From NCBI RefSeq assembly GCF_048403405.1, contig NZ_CP183129.1: a stretch of 64,000 nt of DNA. One strand, given 5' to 3'. This document shows, in pieces, positions 13,284 to 24,338 of this stretch. Below the pieces are notes generated by a model. It was not told the origin of the DNA and did not search any database. It worked only from the letters and a program-made list of their open reading frames with translations. Each line of letters opens with the position of its first letter. The stretch's first letter is position 1. The translations under genes and the position numbers were made by a program. The DNA comes from Escherichia coli. GTDB lineage: Bacteria > Pseudomonadota > Gammaproteobacteria > Enterobacterales > Enterobacteriaceae.

Positions 13284-14534
13284 TTAACTGTCGGACGCTG
13301 TCACCTGCGGCGGCGTCTGGCGAAAACGCCGCAACTCCACCAGCACCAGCAACAACAACACGCCGATAATCAACAAACCAAAACCGCTCGCGCTTGCGGA
13401 AGCAACCGGTGTCATCATCGCTCCCAGACCGCCTAACAGCGCCGCACCTATGGCATCGCCCGTCACGTTTTGCGCCGTCCACAAACCGTTAATCCGCCCT
13501 AACATCGCTTCCGGGGTTTGCGTTTGCAGCATTGTATATTGCAGCAACGAACTAACCGCGCTCAGCCAGCCGAACAGCGCCAGACAAACCACGCCTAAAA
13601 TCCACATCGGCATCAAGCCAAACAGCCCAATGGCGAGGAACGATCCCAGCGTGGAGAGCAGCATCAATAACCCTGGTCGCGCGCTATGTGCCAGCTTCCC
13701 GCTGGTTAACGCGCCAATAGCCGCGCCGAGCGGGATCGCCGCATAGAGAAAACCAATCTGTGCCGCCGACATCTGCCAGTTGTCAGCCAGCGCCGGATAC
13801 AGTACCCGCACCGCGCTCGCCATCGTCAATAAACCACCCAGCAGCGCAATCCCTCCCACCAGCGGGCTGGCGAGCAGAAAACGAAATCCTGCCAGTAATG
13901 ATTTCAACGGATGCTCACGCGGCTGCGGTGGCGGTGGCAACGCCGGAAGGCTTAACAACGGTAGCAAGGTAATAAACGTGCCCGCCGCCGCCAGCCCGTA
14001 GTTCCAGGCTACGCCGCCGGTCGCCAGCAATAAACCGCCAATCATAGGCGAAATCACCGACCCCAGACGCACGGTCAACATGGTGATCGCCCCGGCCTGC
14101 ATTAAGTTTTCACGCCCTACCAGTGCAGGTGTCGCCGCCAGTAGCGCCGTAACGCCAAGCGATGCGAAAAAACCATCCCATAAACCGAGTAAATAGATTG
14201 CCAATAGAGATGGCTCCGGCAGCAGTGCATTAAGGCACAGTCCAATGAAGCCAATGCCACAGGTGCCGCGCGCCAGCAAAATCACTTTTTTGCGTTCATA
14301 GCGATCCGCCAGCACACCGCCGACCATCAGGCCAACAAACATCGCGCCGCCGGTCAGCGTCACCGAAAGCCCCACCTGCCAGGTAGAATGCGTCATCATC
14401 TGGATCTGCACCGGTACCGCGACGCCGAGCAAACCCAGAGACACAATTGAGATAAAACGAGCGAGGAATACTGCGCGAAACGCCGGGTGCGTTTTCAACA
14501 GGCTGAGGTTAAGCAGCCAGGATTGTTTATTCAT
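13284..14534 (-). CDS. entS: enterobactin exporter (MFS)
   Basis: 416-aa MFS membrane protein ORF. Confidence 0.95.
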
Positions 14535-14607
14535 TACAATGCCTTGCCATCAAATATTTTAAATACCTATTCTTAGGCTGCACATGCTAACATATCAAAA
14601 TAAGATC

Positions 14608-14632
14608 GATAACGATAATTAATTTCATTATC
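14608..14632. promoter_or_regulatory. Fur box in the divergent entS / fepD promoter region
   Basis: Sequence gataacgataattaatttcattatc, Fur-like hexamer repeats, directly upstream of fepD. Confidence 0.55.
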
Positions 14633-14644
14633 ATGGAAGTTCGT

Positions 14645-15649
14645 ATGTCTGGTTCTGTTGCCGTGACACGCGCCATTGCCGTGCCCGGATTGCTGTTATT
14701 ACTGATTATCGCGACGGCATTAAGCCTGCTCATTGGGGCAAAATCACTCCCCGCTTCCGTAGTGCTGGAGGCCCTCTCCGGCACCTGCCAGAGCGCCGAC
14801 TGCACCATCGTGCTCGACGCGCGGCTGCCGCGCACCCTTGCCGGTTTACTGGCAGGCGGCGCGCTTGGGCTTGCCGGGGCGTTAATGCAAACCCTCACCC
14901 GAAACCCACTTGCCGACCCCGGCTTGCTTGGCGTGAACGCCGGAGCCAGCTTTGCCATTGTGCTGGGTGCGGCGCTGTTTGGTTACTCTTCCGCACAGGA
15001 ACAACTGGCGATGGCCTTCGCCGGGGCGCTGGTGGCCTCGTTGATTGTTGCCTTTACCGGCAGCCAGGGCGGCGGGCAGTTAAGTCCGGTGCGTTTAACC
15101 CTGGCGGGCGTGGCGCTGGCGGCGGTGCTGGAAGGGCTGACCAGCGGCATCGCCCTGCTTAATCCTGACGTCTACGATCAACTGCGTTTCTGGCAAGCCG
15201 GTTCGCTGGATATTCGCAATCTACATACCTTAAAAGTTGTGCTGATCCCGGTGCTGATCGCCGGAGCAACCGCGCTATTACTGAGCCGCGCGCTGAACAG
15301 TTTAAGCCTCGGCAGTGACACCGCGACGGCGCTGGGTAGTCGCGTGGCGCGCACACAGTTGATTGGTCTGCTGGCGATTACCGTGCTTTGTGGTAGTGCG
15401 ACGGCGGTAGTTGGCCCGATTGCCTTTATTGGCCTGATGATGCCGCATATGGCACGTTGGTTGGTGGGTGCCGATCATCGCTGGTCGCTGCCCGTCACAC
15501 TGCTTGCTACCCCTGCCCTGCTGCTGTTTGCCGATATCATCGGGCGGGTGATTGTGCCCGGCGAACTGCGCGTTTCTGTAGTCAGTGCCTTTATTGGCGC
15601 ACCGGTGCTGATCTTCCTCGTGCGACGTAAAACGCGAGGTGGCGCATGA
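14645..15649 (+). CDS. fepD: ferrienterobactin ABC transporter permease
   Basis: Start placed at MSGSVAV; an in-frame ATG at 14633 is an alternative. Confidence 0.9.
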   Translation: MSGSVAVTRAIAVPGLLLLLIIATALSLLIGAKSLPASVVLEALSGTCQSADCTIVLDARLPRTLAGLLAGGALGLAGALMQTLTRNPLADPGLLGVNAGASFAIVLGAALFGYSSAQEQLAMAFAGALVASLIVAFTGSQGGGQLSPVRLTLAGVALAAVLEGLTSGIALLNPDVYDQLRFWQAGSLDIRNLHTLKVVLIPVLIAGATALLLSRALNSLSLGSDTATALGSRVARTQLIGLLAITVLCGSATAVVGPIAFIGLMMPHMARWLVGADHRWSLPVTLLATPALLLFADIIGRVIVPGELRVSVVSAFIGAPVLIFLVRRKTRGGA

Positions 15650-16638
15650 TTTACGTCTCTCGCCGATTAATCATCACCTGTTTGCTGCTAATTACCGCCT
15701 GTGTGGTTGCAGGTATCTGGGGATTACGCAGCGGTACCGTCACGCTGGAAACCTCGCAGGTATTCGCCGCGCTGATGGGCGATGCGCCGCGCAGTATGAC
15801 GATGGTGGTCACCGAATGGCGTTTACCACGCGTGCTGATGGCGCTGTTGATTGGCGCGGCACTGGGCGTCAGCGGCGCGATTTTTCAGTCGCTGATGCGT
15901 AACCCGCTCGGCAGCCCTGACGTAATGGGCTTTAACACCGGGGCGTGGAGCGGCGTGCTGGTGGCGATGGTGCTGTTTGGTCAGGACCTGACGGCTATCG
16001 CCCTGGCAGCAATGGTGGGCGGCATTGTCACCTCGCTGCTGGTCTGGCTGCTCGCCTGGCGTAACGGCATCGACACCTTTCGGTTGATTATTATCGGCAT
16101 CGGCGTTCGCGCCATGCTGGTGGCCTTTAATACCTGGCTGTTGCTGAAAGCGTCTTTAGAAACGGCGCTAACAGCAGGTTTGTGGAATGCCGGATCGCTC
16201 AACGGCCTGACGTGGGCAAAAACCTCGCCTTCCGCACCCATCATTATATTGATGCTCATTGCCGCCGCCTTACTGGTACGCCGGATGCGCTTGCTGGAAA
16301 TGGGCGATGATACCGCGTGTGCGTTGGGCGTCAGCGTCGAACGTTCGCGGCTGTTAATGATGCTGGTGGCAGTGGTGCTCACCGCTGCGGCAACGGCGCT
16401 TGCCGGGCCGATTTCCTTTATTGCTTTAGTCGCGCCGCACATTGCCCGACGCATTAGCGGCACCGCTCGCTGGGGGCTGACCCAGGCGGCGCTGTGCGGG
16501 GCGCTGTTACTGCTGGCGGCCGATCTCTGCGCCCAACAACTGTTTATGCCGTATCAACTTCCGGTTGGCGTCGTTACCGTCAGCCTCGGCGGTATTTACC
16601 TTATCGTCTTGTTAATTCAGGAGTCTCGCAAAAAATGA
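15646..16638 (+). CDS. fepG: ferrienterobactin ABC transporter permease
   Basis: 330-aa ORF overlapping fepD by 4 nt. Confidence 0.95.
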   Translation: MIYVSRRLIITCLLLITACVVAGIWGLRSGTVTLETSQVFAALMGDAPRSMTMVVTEWRLPRVLMALLIGAALGVSGAIFQSLMRNPLGSPDVMGFNTGAWSGVLVAMVLFGQDLTAIALAAMVGGIVTSLLVWLLAWRNGIDTFRLIIIGIGVRAMLVAFNTWLLLKASLETALTAGLWNAGSLNGLTWAKTSPSAPIIILMLIAAALLVRRMRLLEMGDDTACALGVSVERSRLLMMLVAVVLTAAATALAGPISFIALVAPHIARRISGTARWGLTQAALCGALLLLAADLCAQQLFMPYQLPVGVVTVSLGGIYLIVLLIQESRKK

Positions 16639-17450
16639 CCGAATCAGTAGCCCGTTTGCGTGGCGAACAGTTAACCCTCGGATATGGCAAATATACCGTT
16701 GCGGAAAATCTGACTGTAGAAATTCCTGATGGTCACTTCACGGCAATTATCGGGCCAAATGGCTGCGGTAAATCCACGTTACTGCGTACCTTAAGCCGCC
16801 TGATGACGCCTGCTCACGGGCATGTCTGGCTGGATGGCGAGCACATTCAACATTACGCCAGTAAAGAGGTTGCACGCCGGATTGGCCTGTTGGCGCAAAA
16901 CGCCACAACGCCGGGAGATATCACCGTGCAGGAGCTGGTGGCGCGTGGGCGTTACCCGCATCAACCGCTGTTTACTCGCTGGCGCAAAGAAGATGAAGAA
17001 GCGGTAACGAAAGCGATGCAGGCCACGGGAATCACTCATCTGGCAGATCAAAGCGTGGATACCCTTTCTGGCGGACAACGCCAGCGAGCGTGGATAGCAA
17101 TGGTGCTGGCCCAGGAAACGGCAATTATGCTGCTCGATGAACCAACGACCTGGCTGGATATCAGTCATCAGATTGATCTCCTGGAACTGTTAAGCGAACT
17201 GAACCGCGAGAAAGGCTATACCCTGGCGGCGGTGCTGCACGATCTTAATCAGGCCTGTCGTTACGCCAGCCATTTGATTGCATTGCGGGAAGGGAAAATT
17301 GTTGCTCAGGGAGCGCCGAAGGAGATTGTCACTGCTGAATTGATCGAGCGCATTTATGGTCTGCGCTGCATGATTATTGACGATCCGGTAGCCGGAACTC
17401 CGCTCGTGGTGCCGCTCGGACGAACGGCACCTTCAACTGCCAAGATTTAA
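16635..17450 (+). CDS. fepC: ferrienterobactin ABC transporter ATPase
   Basis: Walker A GPNGCGKST and LSGGQRQR signature; start at MTESVARL, ATGA overlap with fepG. Confidence 0.95.
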   Translation: MTESVARLRGEQLTLGYGKYTVAENLTVEIPDGHFTAIIGPNGCGKSTLLRTLSRLMTPAHGHVWLDGEHIQHYASKEVARRIGLLAQNATTPGDITVQELVARGRYPHQPLFTRWRKEDEEAVTKAMQATGITHLADQSVDTLSGGQRQRAWIAMVLAQETAIMLLDEPTTWLDISHQIDLLELLSELNREKGYTLAAVLHDLNQACRYASHLIALREGKIVAQGAPKEIVTAELIERIYGLRCMIIDDPVAGTPLVVPLGRTAPSTAKI

Positions 17451-18580
17451 ACTAAGTGCTCTTCCATCACGGCATCCTGTTTTCTGGATGCCATCGCATA
17501 GCGCAACAGCACGCCACCACAAGCCACCATCCCGCCGATCATCGCAGAAAGGATCACAATAATCGCCTTACCCGGACCGTCTTTTTTCACTGGCAATGAC
17601 GGGCTTAACTGATATTTAAACGGCGTAAAATTCACATCGTTGATATTTGCTTTTGTTAATTGCTCGACAAGATACTGACGATTACGTAATTCACCGTTCA
17701 GTTCCGCAACGTCAGTAACCGCTTTTTCAATTTCCAGTTTGCGTTCAATACCGTCTGCGCCGAGAGAAATAGAGAAATCGGGGTCATCTTTAACGGCCTG
17801 ACCATTACTGTAAACGGGCTTTTTAATTCCTGCCGCGTTGGCAATGTCGAGTGAATAATTGAGGCGCTGAATGTTTGCATCAAGTTGATTTTTCATTTTA
17901 ATGCGGTCCTGAGCCAGTTTTTCTTTTTCAAACTGGGTTTTAAGCTCCAGTCTATTGCGCTCATTTTCTATCGACTCTTTCACCACCAGAGCAGAGATAT
18001 AATCGATATACCCGCTCAAAACGGTTTGCGCCTCTTCATTGGTTGGCGCGGTAAAACTTAGCGTCCAGGAGGTATAAAGTGACGGTTCATCTTTTTTCTT
18101 ACTGGCATTGTCATCAACCGCTTTCATTTTTTCGCTCAATGCGACAATTGCGCGATGCAAATCCAGTTCGTCGATTTTCGCCTCTTTTAATTGGTCCATC
18201 ACATAAGGTGTTGAGCGCAGGTACTCTTCCAGCAAGCTAACCGACTGAAACTTCTTGATAAACAGGTTAAATGCTTCTGTACGATCAATTTTGATATCCA
18301 GATCCAGCACTCGAAGCTTAGTGAATGTTTTCTCCAGCTCTTGCCACTGAACAGGTTCTGGAGGCGTGACAACCGCCGCGCTGGTCCATTTTTGCGGCAG
18401 GATGAAAGAGATCAGCAAGCCTGCGCAGGCAAACGCAAAAATGACCGCCATGACCGTTTTTTTGGCCCGCCATAAAACTGCGATTAGATTAAGTAAATCA
18501 ATTTCATTATTACTGGGCGACGCCAGAGGATACTCAGGAAAATGAGCGTCACTTCCCTGTTTAATATTCAGTGATGACAT
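17447..18580 (-). CDS. fepE: polysaccharide co-polymerase-like protein FepE
   Basis: Start placed at MSSLNIKQ; synteny. Confidence 0.9.
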   Translation of the reverse strand: MSSLNIKQGSDAHFPEYPLASPSNNEIDLLNLIAVLWRAKKTVMAVIFAFACAGLLISFILPQKWTSAAVVTPPEPVQWQELEKTFTKLRVLDLDIKIDRTEAFNLFIKKFQSVSLLEEYLRSTPYVMDQLKEAKIDELDLHRAIVALSEKMKAVDDNASKKKDEPSLYTSWTLSFTAPTNEEAQTVLSGYIDYISALVVKESIENERNRLELKTQFEKEKLAQDRIKMKNQLDANIQRLNYSLDIANAAGIKKPVYSNGQAVKDDPDFSISLGADGIERKLEIEKAVTDVAELNGELRNRQYLVEQLTKANINDVNFTPFKYQLSPSLPVKKDGPGKAIIVILSAMIGGMVACGGVLLRYAMASRKQDAVMEEHLV

Positions 18581-18794
18581 GGGGTATAACCTGAAAATGA
18601 GTCCAATAGGGGAAATCTCCACGGCGCTCACTTTACCAGTTGGTGATAATTATTCGAAGCTGAAGTTTGTAAATTCCTTCCACTGAATGCAACATTCACT
18701 CTATTTAAGAGAAATATTCATCAAACCTATAAATCAAACAAATAAAAAACCCATAATTATTTTCTGTAATTATGGGTTTATAGATAATGTTAAT

Positions 18795-21700
18795 TTATCT
18801 GTTTAGCGTTGCGCGAATAATCGGCCCAATTTTTTCAAATGCCCCTGGAGAGATAATATCCACATGCGCACAATCCTGACGATAGATATCCAGCTCGGCT
18901 ATCCACGGCGACCAGACGCGTTCGGGATTCATACCTTCCTGAAGCGTGCGTTCAGCAACAAACAGCGTCGCTTTACCGTCAAACGGTACGCTATGAGCAG
19001 TCGTCAGCAGGCGCACAGCATCAGCGTAGTTGCCTTCAATGGTGGTAAACAACTCCGTTGAAGTACTTCCCTGCTGTGCCGCCAGGAAGGCCTCGCGCTC
19101 GCGGTTAATCTCCGCCAGCACTTCCGGGTCCAGGCCATTAGCCTCTTTTTCCTGCCAGTTTTGCGTTTCTGGCGGCCAGGTATCCAGCAAGCCAAGAAAT
19201 GCCACCTGTTCGCCACGGGCACGCAGCCGCGCCGCAATACCCTGCGCCAGCGTACCGCCCAGCGAATAACCCAGCAGGTAATAAGGGCCGTGCGGTTGAT
19301 GCTCAAGTAACGTTGCCAGATGCGCTTCGCAGACTTCATCCAGATTTGCCGCGGTCTGCATGGGGCCATTGGGGCGCGGCGACTGAATGCCGATAATCGA
19401 CCATTGTGGATCGAGATAACGCGAGAGCACGCTGAACTGCCAGGCAAAACCGGACGCAGGATGGAAACAAAACAGCGTCGGGCCATTACCTTCACGCAAC
19501 GGCAGAATGGTTTCGAATCCCATGCGCCGGGAGCTGTCTTCTTCACCATCAATAATCGTTGCCAGTTTGGCGACAGTTGACGCGACCATCACCTGCCCCG
19601 GCGTCACCTGGCGGGTAAACTGCCGACTTAACTGCGCAGCCAGTTTCATTGCCAGTAGCGAATGACCGCCAAGCGCGAAGAAATCAGCATCGGCATCCTG
19701 CACGTCACAACCCAGCAACGACGAGAATGCCGCGGCGATAATCGTTTCACTGCCCGCTTTCGGCGCACGCCCCGGCGCTTGTGCCTTCAGTTCAGGCAAC
19801 GGTAAGGCTTTGCGATCCAGCTTGCCGTTGGCGCTAAGCGGCAACTGCGGAAGTTGCAGCAGAACCACGGGCACCATATGCGGTGGCAATGTTTCGCGCA
19901 ACTGCGCCTGCAATGCAGTGGTATCCAACGGCAGGCCTGATTGCGACACCAGATACCCAACCAACTGACGCGCATCGCCTCCCGTTGCGGCAGCCTGGTT
20001 AATAACGCAGGCGTGGGTCACGGCCTGTTCAACGTCCGGCAGCGCCTGCATCACGCGATCGATTTCGCCCAGTTCGATACGCTGCCCGCGAATTTTTAGC
20101 TGATCGTCACTGCGCCCGAGGTACTCCACCGCGCCGTTATCCAGCCAGCGGGCAACGTCTCCGGTACGGTACATCCGTTCGCCAGGGGCAAAAGGATTGG
20201 CAATAAAGCGGCTGGCGGTCAGATCGGGTCGTCCGAGATAGCCCTGCGCCAGTTGTATGCCAGTGAGATAGAGATCTCCCGCCACACCCGGCGGCACCGG
20301 ATGCATCATCGCATCAAGAATACGCAGGCCCGTATTCCACACCGGATAACCAATCGGCACACTGCTGCCGCGCACCTGAGCCAGTTCCTCGCCAAAAGCC
20401 GGATACCAGCTGACATCTACCGCCGCTTCCGTCGGGCCATATAGATTATGCAACGGCACGCTGGTTAACTGTTGCCATTCGCGGCATAAATCAGCGGGTA
20501 AGGCCTCACCACTACAGAAAACCTGTTTCAACGTCGCGCAATTCTGGCGAGCGGTTTGCGGCGTCAGCGATGCAACAAATGCCGCCAGCATCGACGGCAC
20601 AAAGTGCGTAGTCGTTACGCCATATTCGGCAAAGAATTGCTGCATAGCGAGCGGATCGCGGTGCGCTTCCGGTTCAGCCATCACCAGTTTAGCCCCGGCA
20701 ATAAACGGCCAGAAAAACTCCCACACCGAGACATCAAAACTGCACGGCGTTTTTTGGGCAACGACATCTTCGCCTGTAAGCGGGTAGTGGTTTTGCATCC
20801 AAAGCAGGCGGTTAACGATAGCCGTCTGCCCGACCATTACCCCTTTCGGCCTGCCGGTGGAGCCAGAGGTAAAGATGATATAAGCCGTGTGGTGCGGTTG
20901 TGAAAGTTTCAGCGGCGCACTGCCCTGCGGTGTAAGCGGGGCGTTATAGCAAAGGCGGGTTAAATCTGGAACATCGGCAAAGCGCGGCAGTTGATCGTCG
21001 GTGGTGATTAACAGCGACGGACGCGCATCTTCCAGCATCATTTTCAGGCGATCGTCCGGATAGCCGGTATCCAGCGGTAACCAGGCCGCACCAGCCTCAA
21101 CAATTGCATGTAGCGCCAGAGTCAAAAAGACCGAGCGCGGTAGCGCCACCGCCACGCTGTCGCCTGGTTTAACGCCGCGCTCACGCAGCAGATTCGCCAG
21201 CGCCACCACCTGCTCGCGCATTTCCCGATAGCTAAACTGGTAACTCGCATCAACCAGCGCCGGAGCATGCGGTGTTTTTGCCGCCTGTTCCGCCACCAGC
21301 GCGCTCAGCGTGGTTTCTGGAATCTCAACCTGAGTGGCGTTGATCTGCGCCAGCTGCACATATTCACCTGGCAGCATAATATCGACATCGCCGCACAACA
21401 GCGCCGGATCCGCGGCGAACTGGGCAATCAGCATTTTCAGGCGTTCAGCGTGTTGAATTAACGTTGGCTCATCGTAACGCTGTTTATTGGCGAGGATCTC
21501 AATACTCAAATCACCGTGTTCATCCGGGAACAGTGCCAGTTCAAGGTCATTAACCGGACCGGTTGCCAGGGTATGGGTTTGCGCCTGAACACCAGGAATA
21601 TCCAGTTGGTAATCAAATACCTTGATATTGAGTACCGGACCAAACAGCGGTTCATCACCTGCCGCTCGCCCGCTGTCACGGACAATTTGTTCGGCATCGT

Positions 21701-22676
21701 AACGTTGATGACGACGCATTTTTTTCAGTTGTGCTGCCAGTCGGGTTGCCAGTTGCGGCAGCGTTTCTTGCGCCTCAATATGAATACCCAACGGCAAAAC
21801 GTTGAGCACGGGTCCGGTAGCCGTCAGCGCCGCCGAGCCCAGTCGACGCATAAAGATAAATCCGGCGGCGTAGTCCATGCGATTGCACAATCGCCCCAGC
21901 CATAAGGCCACCAGCGCAAGGGCTAAATCGGTACGCTGCACACCTGAAAGTTGCGTAGCCAGCTGGCGGAATTCCCCGTCAGTAAATTCCAGTTTCAGGC
22001 GAAGAATATCTGCCGAAGCGCTGCGCCCCGGTAAAGGTGCCGGAGAAAGTGACGCGGGCGGCGGCAATTGACGACGCTGTTCCGCCCAGAATGCCGCATC
22101 ACGCTGCCAGGCTTCGCTTTCGCGGTATTGCTGGTACTCTTCCACTACATCAGCGAAAGGCGTAAACGGCGAAGCAGGCGTTGGTTCGCCACGCAGCCAT
22201 GCGCAGTAAATATTGGCGATCTGGCGGGTAATGGCCGGGAAACTGAAGCCATCGACCAGCAAATGGTGATAACGCTGATACCAGTACCAGCGGTTATCCG
22301 CCACCTGTATCAACTGATGAAAGACCAGTGGTTTACCGCTATCGACGCGCAAATCTTGTTGCAAATCCGCCTGCATTAATGCCCGCGCAGTACCGTGCGG
22401 ATCAATGTTGGTTCGCAGGTCGATAATTTCTGGCAATTCGAACGTCTGCGCATCATCGACCCACTGCCAGACTTCGCCGTTATCTTCCGTAAAACGCATC
22501 CGCAGCGTATCTGCTTGCGCTAATCCGGCAACCACCGCGCGGGCCAGTAATGGCGCATCAACCTCTCCGGTTAACTCAACGTAATGCGCCACGCTCCAGG
22601 CGGAGGGTAAATCCGACAGTTTTTCTGCCATCCAGATGCCGGGCTGTGCGGCGACCAAAGGTAAATGCTGGCTCAT
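18795..22676 (-). CDS. entF: enterobactin NRPS (serine-activating, C-A-T-TE)
   Basis: About 1293 aa with condensation, adenylation, carrier (GGHSL) and thioesterase (GYSLGG) motifs; start at MSQHLPL. Confidence 0.95.
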   Translation of the reverse strand: MSQHLPLVAAQPGIWMAEKLSDLPSAWSVAHYVELTGEVDAPLLARAVVAGLAQADTLRMRFTEDNGEVWQWVDDAQTFELPEIIDLRTNIDPHGTARALMQADLQQDLRVDSGKPLVFHQLIQVADNRWYWYQRYHHLLVDGFSFPAITRQIANIYCAWLRGEPTPASPFTPFADVVEEYQQYRESEAWQRDAAFWAEQRRQLPPPASLSPAPLPGRSASADILRLKLEFTDGEFRQLATQLSGVQRTDLALALVALWLGRLCNRMDYAAGFIFMRRLGSAALTATGPVLNVLPLGIHIEAQETLPQLATRLAAQLKKMRRHQRYDAEQIVRDSGRAAGDEPLFGPVLNIKVFDYQLDIPGVQAQTHTLATGPVNDLELALFPDEHGDLSIEILANKQRYDEPTLIQHAERLKMLIAQFAADPALLCGDVDIMLPGEYVQLAQINATQVEIPETTLSALVAEQAAKTPHAPALVDASYQFSYREMREQVVALANLLRERGVKPGDSVAVALPRSVFLTLALHAIVEAGAAWLPLDTGYPDDRLKMMLEDARPSLLITTDDQLPRFADVPDLTRLCYNAPLTPQGSAPLKLSQPHHTAYIIFTSGSTGRPKGVMVGQTAIVNRLLWMQNHYPLTGEDVVAQKTPCSFDVSVWEFFWPFIAGAKLVMAEPEAHRDPLAMQQFFAEYGVTTTHFVPSMLAAFVASLTPQTARQNCATLKQVFCSGEALPADLCREWQQLTSVPLHNLYGPTEAAVDVSWYPAFGEELAQVRGSSVPIGYPVWNTGLRILDAMMHPVPPGVAGDLYLTGIQLAQGYLGRPDLTASRFIANPFAPGERMYRTGDVARWLDNGAVEYLGRSDDQLKIRGQRIELGEIDRVMQALPDVEQAVTHACVINQAAATGGDARQLVGYLVSQSGLPLDTTALQAQLRETLPPHMVPVVLLQLPQLPLSANGKLDRKALPLPELKAQAPGRAPKAGSETIIAAAFSSLLGCDVQDADADFFALGGHSLLAMKLAAQLSRQFTRQVTPGQVMVASTVAKLATIIDGEEDSSRRMGFETILPLREGNGPTLFCFHPASGFAWQFSVLSRYLDPQWSIIGIQSPRPNGPMQTAANLDEVCEAHLATLLEHQPHGPYYLLGYSLGGTLAQGIAARLRARGEQVAFLGLLDTWPPETQNWQEKEANGLDPEVLAEINREREAFLAAQQGSTSTELFTTIEGNYADAVRLLTTAHSVPFDGKATLFVAERTLQEGMNPERVWSPWIAELDIYRQDCAHVDIISPGAFEKIGPIIRATLNR

Positions 22677-22891
22677 TGTGCCTCCTGCAACTGGGTGAAA
22701 TTCGTCGGTGTCAGAGTACGCCAGTGGGCTTCCAGCCACTGCTGGCAGGACGCCTGTGACTGCGGCTGACACACAACGTCCCAGCCTGCCGGTAAGGCGC
22801 ATTGTTGCGGCCACAGACTGAATTGCCCCTGCGCATTGCGCAAAATGTAAAACGCTCCCTGCGGATCATCGAAGGGATTACTGAATGCCAT
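22673..22891 (-). CDS. ybdZ: MbtH-like protein
   Basis: 72 aa, start at MAFSNPFDDP; 4-nt overlap with entF. Confidence 0.85.
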   Translation of the reverse strand: MAFSNPFDDPQGAFYILRNAQGQFSLWPQQCALPAGWDVVCQPQSQASCQQWLEAHWRTLTPTNFTQLQEAQ

Positions 22892-22893
22892 AT

Positions 22894-24096
22894 TCAACTC
22901 CTGTCATGGAAAAGTGGTTGCCAGAGGTCGATTAGCCCCTGCATCAAGCCACCGCGCCAACAAAGCGCATCATGTCCGCCGTCAACCTGACGCCAGAAAA
23001 TGGATTCTTTTATGGGGTGTAATTGCGCATACAGCGCCTGATTGGCCCGCATGATCATCGGCTCGCGAATACCCGCTTCCAGCACAATGCGCAGACCTTC
23101 GGCGCTAACTTCACCAGTTTTTAGCTGTTCAAGTAACACGCCCTCTTGCTGCCCGCCTCGATGCGGCCACCAGTATGATCCTGACTGGCTTAATACACAG
23201 CCAAAGCGTTCAGGCCAGTTTAGTCCGGCATACAGCGCGGAAAGCCCACCAAAACTCTGCCCGGCGACCACGGTGCGATCGGCGCGATCGCTAAAAGGGG
23301 CAATAGCTTTCACCAGGGGTAATAACTCTTGCTGTACTGCCAGCCAGAAATCCGCATTACACGGCAGTTCGTGGGCGCGGTGCGTGGTGTCGATAGCGTC
23401 GATCAACACATACACGGCGGGAGGAAGTTGCTGACGATGGGTCAGCGAAGTCAGCACAGGCCAGACGGGCATACTTTGCGCCCAAAATTCGCCATCGAGC
23501 AAAACTGCCAGCGGGCGTTCTTCTGCTGTTACATCGCCGGTGGTAAAAATCCATACACGACGTGAATTTTTCAACCATTCACTTTTCCAGATAATTTCTT
23601 TGGCAGGTGTTTCTGGCGCTTGCGGACAATCCCAACCCGGTTGCAGGGGCGCTTGCGGCATTTCGAGTGCAGAAACAGCGTGCCCTCGCCCGCCTTTCCA
23701 GCTTTGTGGATTCAGCGGATCGGCTATCGCCTGGGGCAATAGTTTTCGCCAGCCTTCACGTAATTCGAGGCGATCGGGGGATGGTGCAGAAAAAATGTCA
23801 TCGCGTTCGGTGGGAATAAAACAGTAGCTGCCGCGCCAGTTGGCATTAAGTTGTGTCGTCCACTGCCAGACGTTGGTACCTGCAATTCGCTGCATCGACT
23901 GGGGCTGGCTGTTCTGATGGTGATCGGTCACACCAGTGATGTAGACCCATACGCGCTTTATCGTCGAGTATTCTTCAGAACCCTGGGGATCACGCCACCA
24001 GAAAGTGACCTCAAACATTTCGTCATTCAGACGCTGCCATTCCGGGCCATGTTTCGACTGCCACCAGCTCTCACTTCCTACTTTTAACGCCGTCAC
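22894..24096 (-). CDS. fes: enterobactin esterase
   Basis: 400-aa ORF with esterase GQSFGG motif; apparent GTG start. Confidence 0.9.
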   Translation of the reverse strand: MTALKVGSESWWQSKHGPEWQRLNDEMFEVTFWWRDPQGSEEYSTIKRVWVYITGVTDHHQNSQPQSMQRIAGTNVWQWTTQLNANWRGSYCFIPTERDDIFSAPSPDRLELREGWRKLLPQAIADPLNPQSWKGGRGHAVSALEMPQAPLQPGWDCPQAPETPAKEIIWKSEWLKNSRRVWIFTTGDVTAEERPLAVLLDGEFWAQSMPVWPVLTSLTHRQQLPPAVYVLIDAIDTTHRAHELPCNADFWLAVQQELLPLVKAIAPFSDRADRTVVAGQSFGGLSALYAGLNWPERFGCVLSQSGSYWWPHRGGQQEGVLLEQLKTGEVSAEGLRIVLEAGIREPMIMRANQALYAQLHPIKESIFWRQVDGGHDALCWRGGLMQGLIDLWQPLFHDRS

Positions 24097-24140
24097 ACCA
24101 TAACCCCATGTTTACTGTGAAATTTTTCATTGATTGCAGA

Positions 24141-24176
24141 AATATATTGATAATATTATTGATAACTATTTGCATT
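24141..24176. promoter_or_regulatory. Fur box(es) in the divergent fes / fepA promoter region
   Basis: Sequence aatatattgataatattattgataactatttgc contains tandem GATAAT-type Fur hexamers. Confidence 0.6.
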
Positions 24177-24338
24177 TGCAATAGCGTAATGGCGCGCCGT
24201 GGGAAGCGCGGACATTAATTAACCAACTGCACTGCGTGTCTTTCAGGATCAAAGGTTTTCGCGGTAGCGGGATGCGTCGTGTTGATGACGACCATGCCCG
24301 ACAGTTGCAATTCGTGGCAAAAATGCAGGAATAAAACA

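Noticed and set aside
19004-19552. 182-aa ORF and several 60-130-aa ORFs inside the entF region
   Set aside because: All overlap the entF NRPS frame, are antisense or out of frame and Arg/Cys-rich; no independent support.
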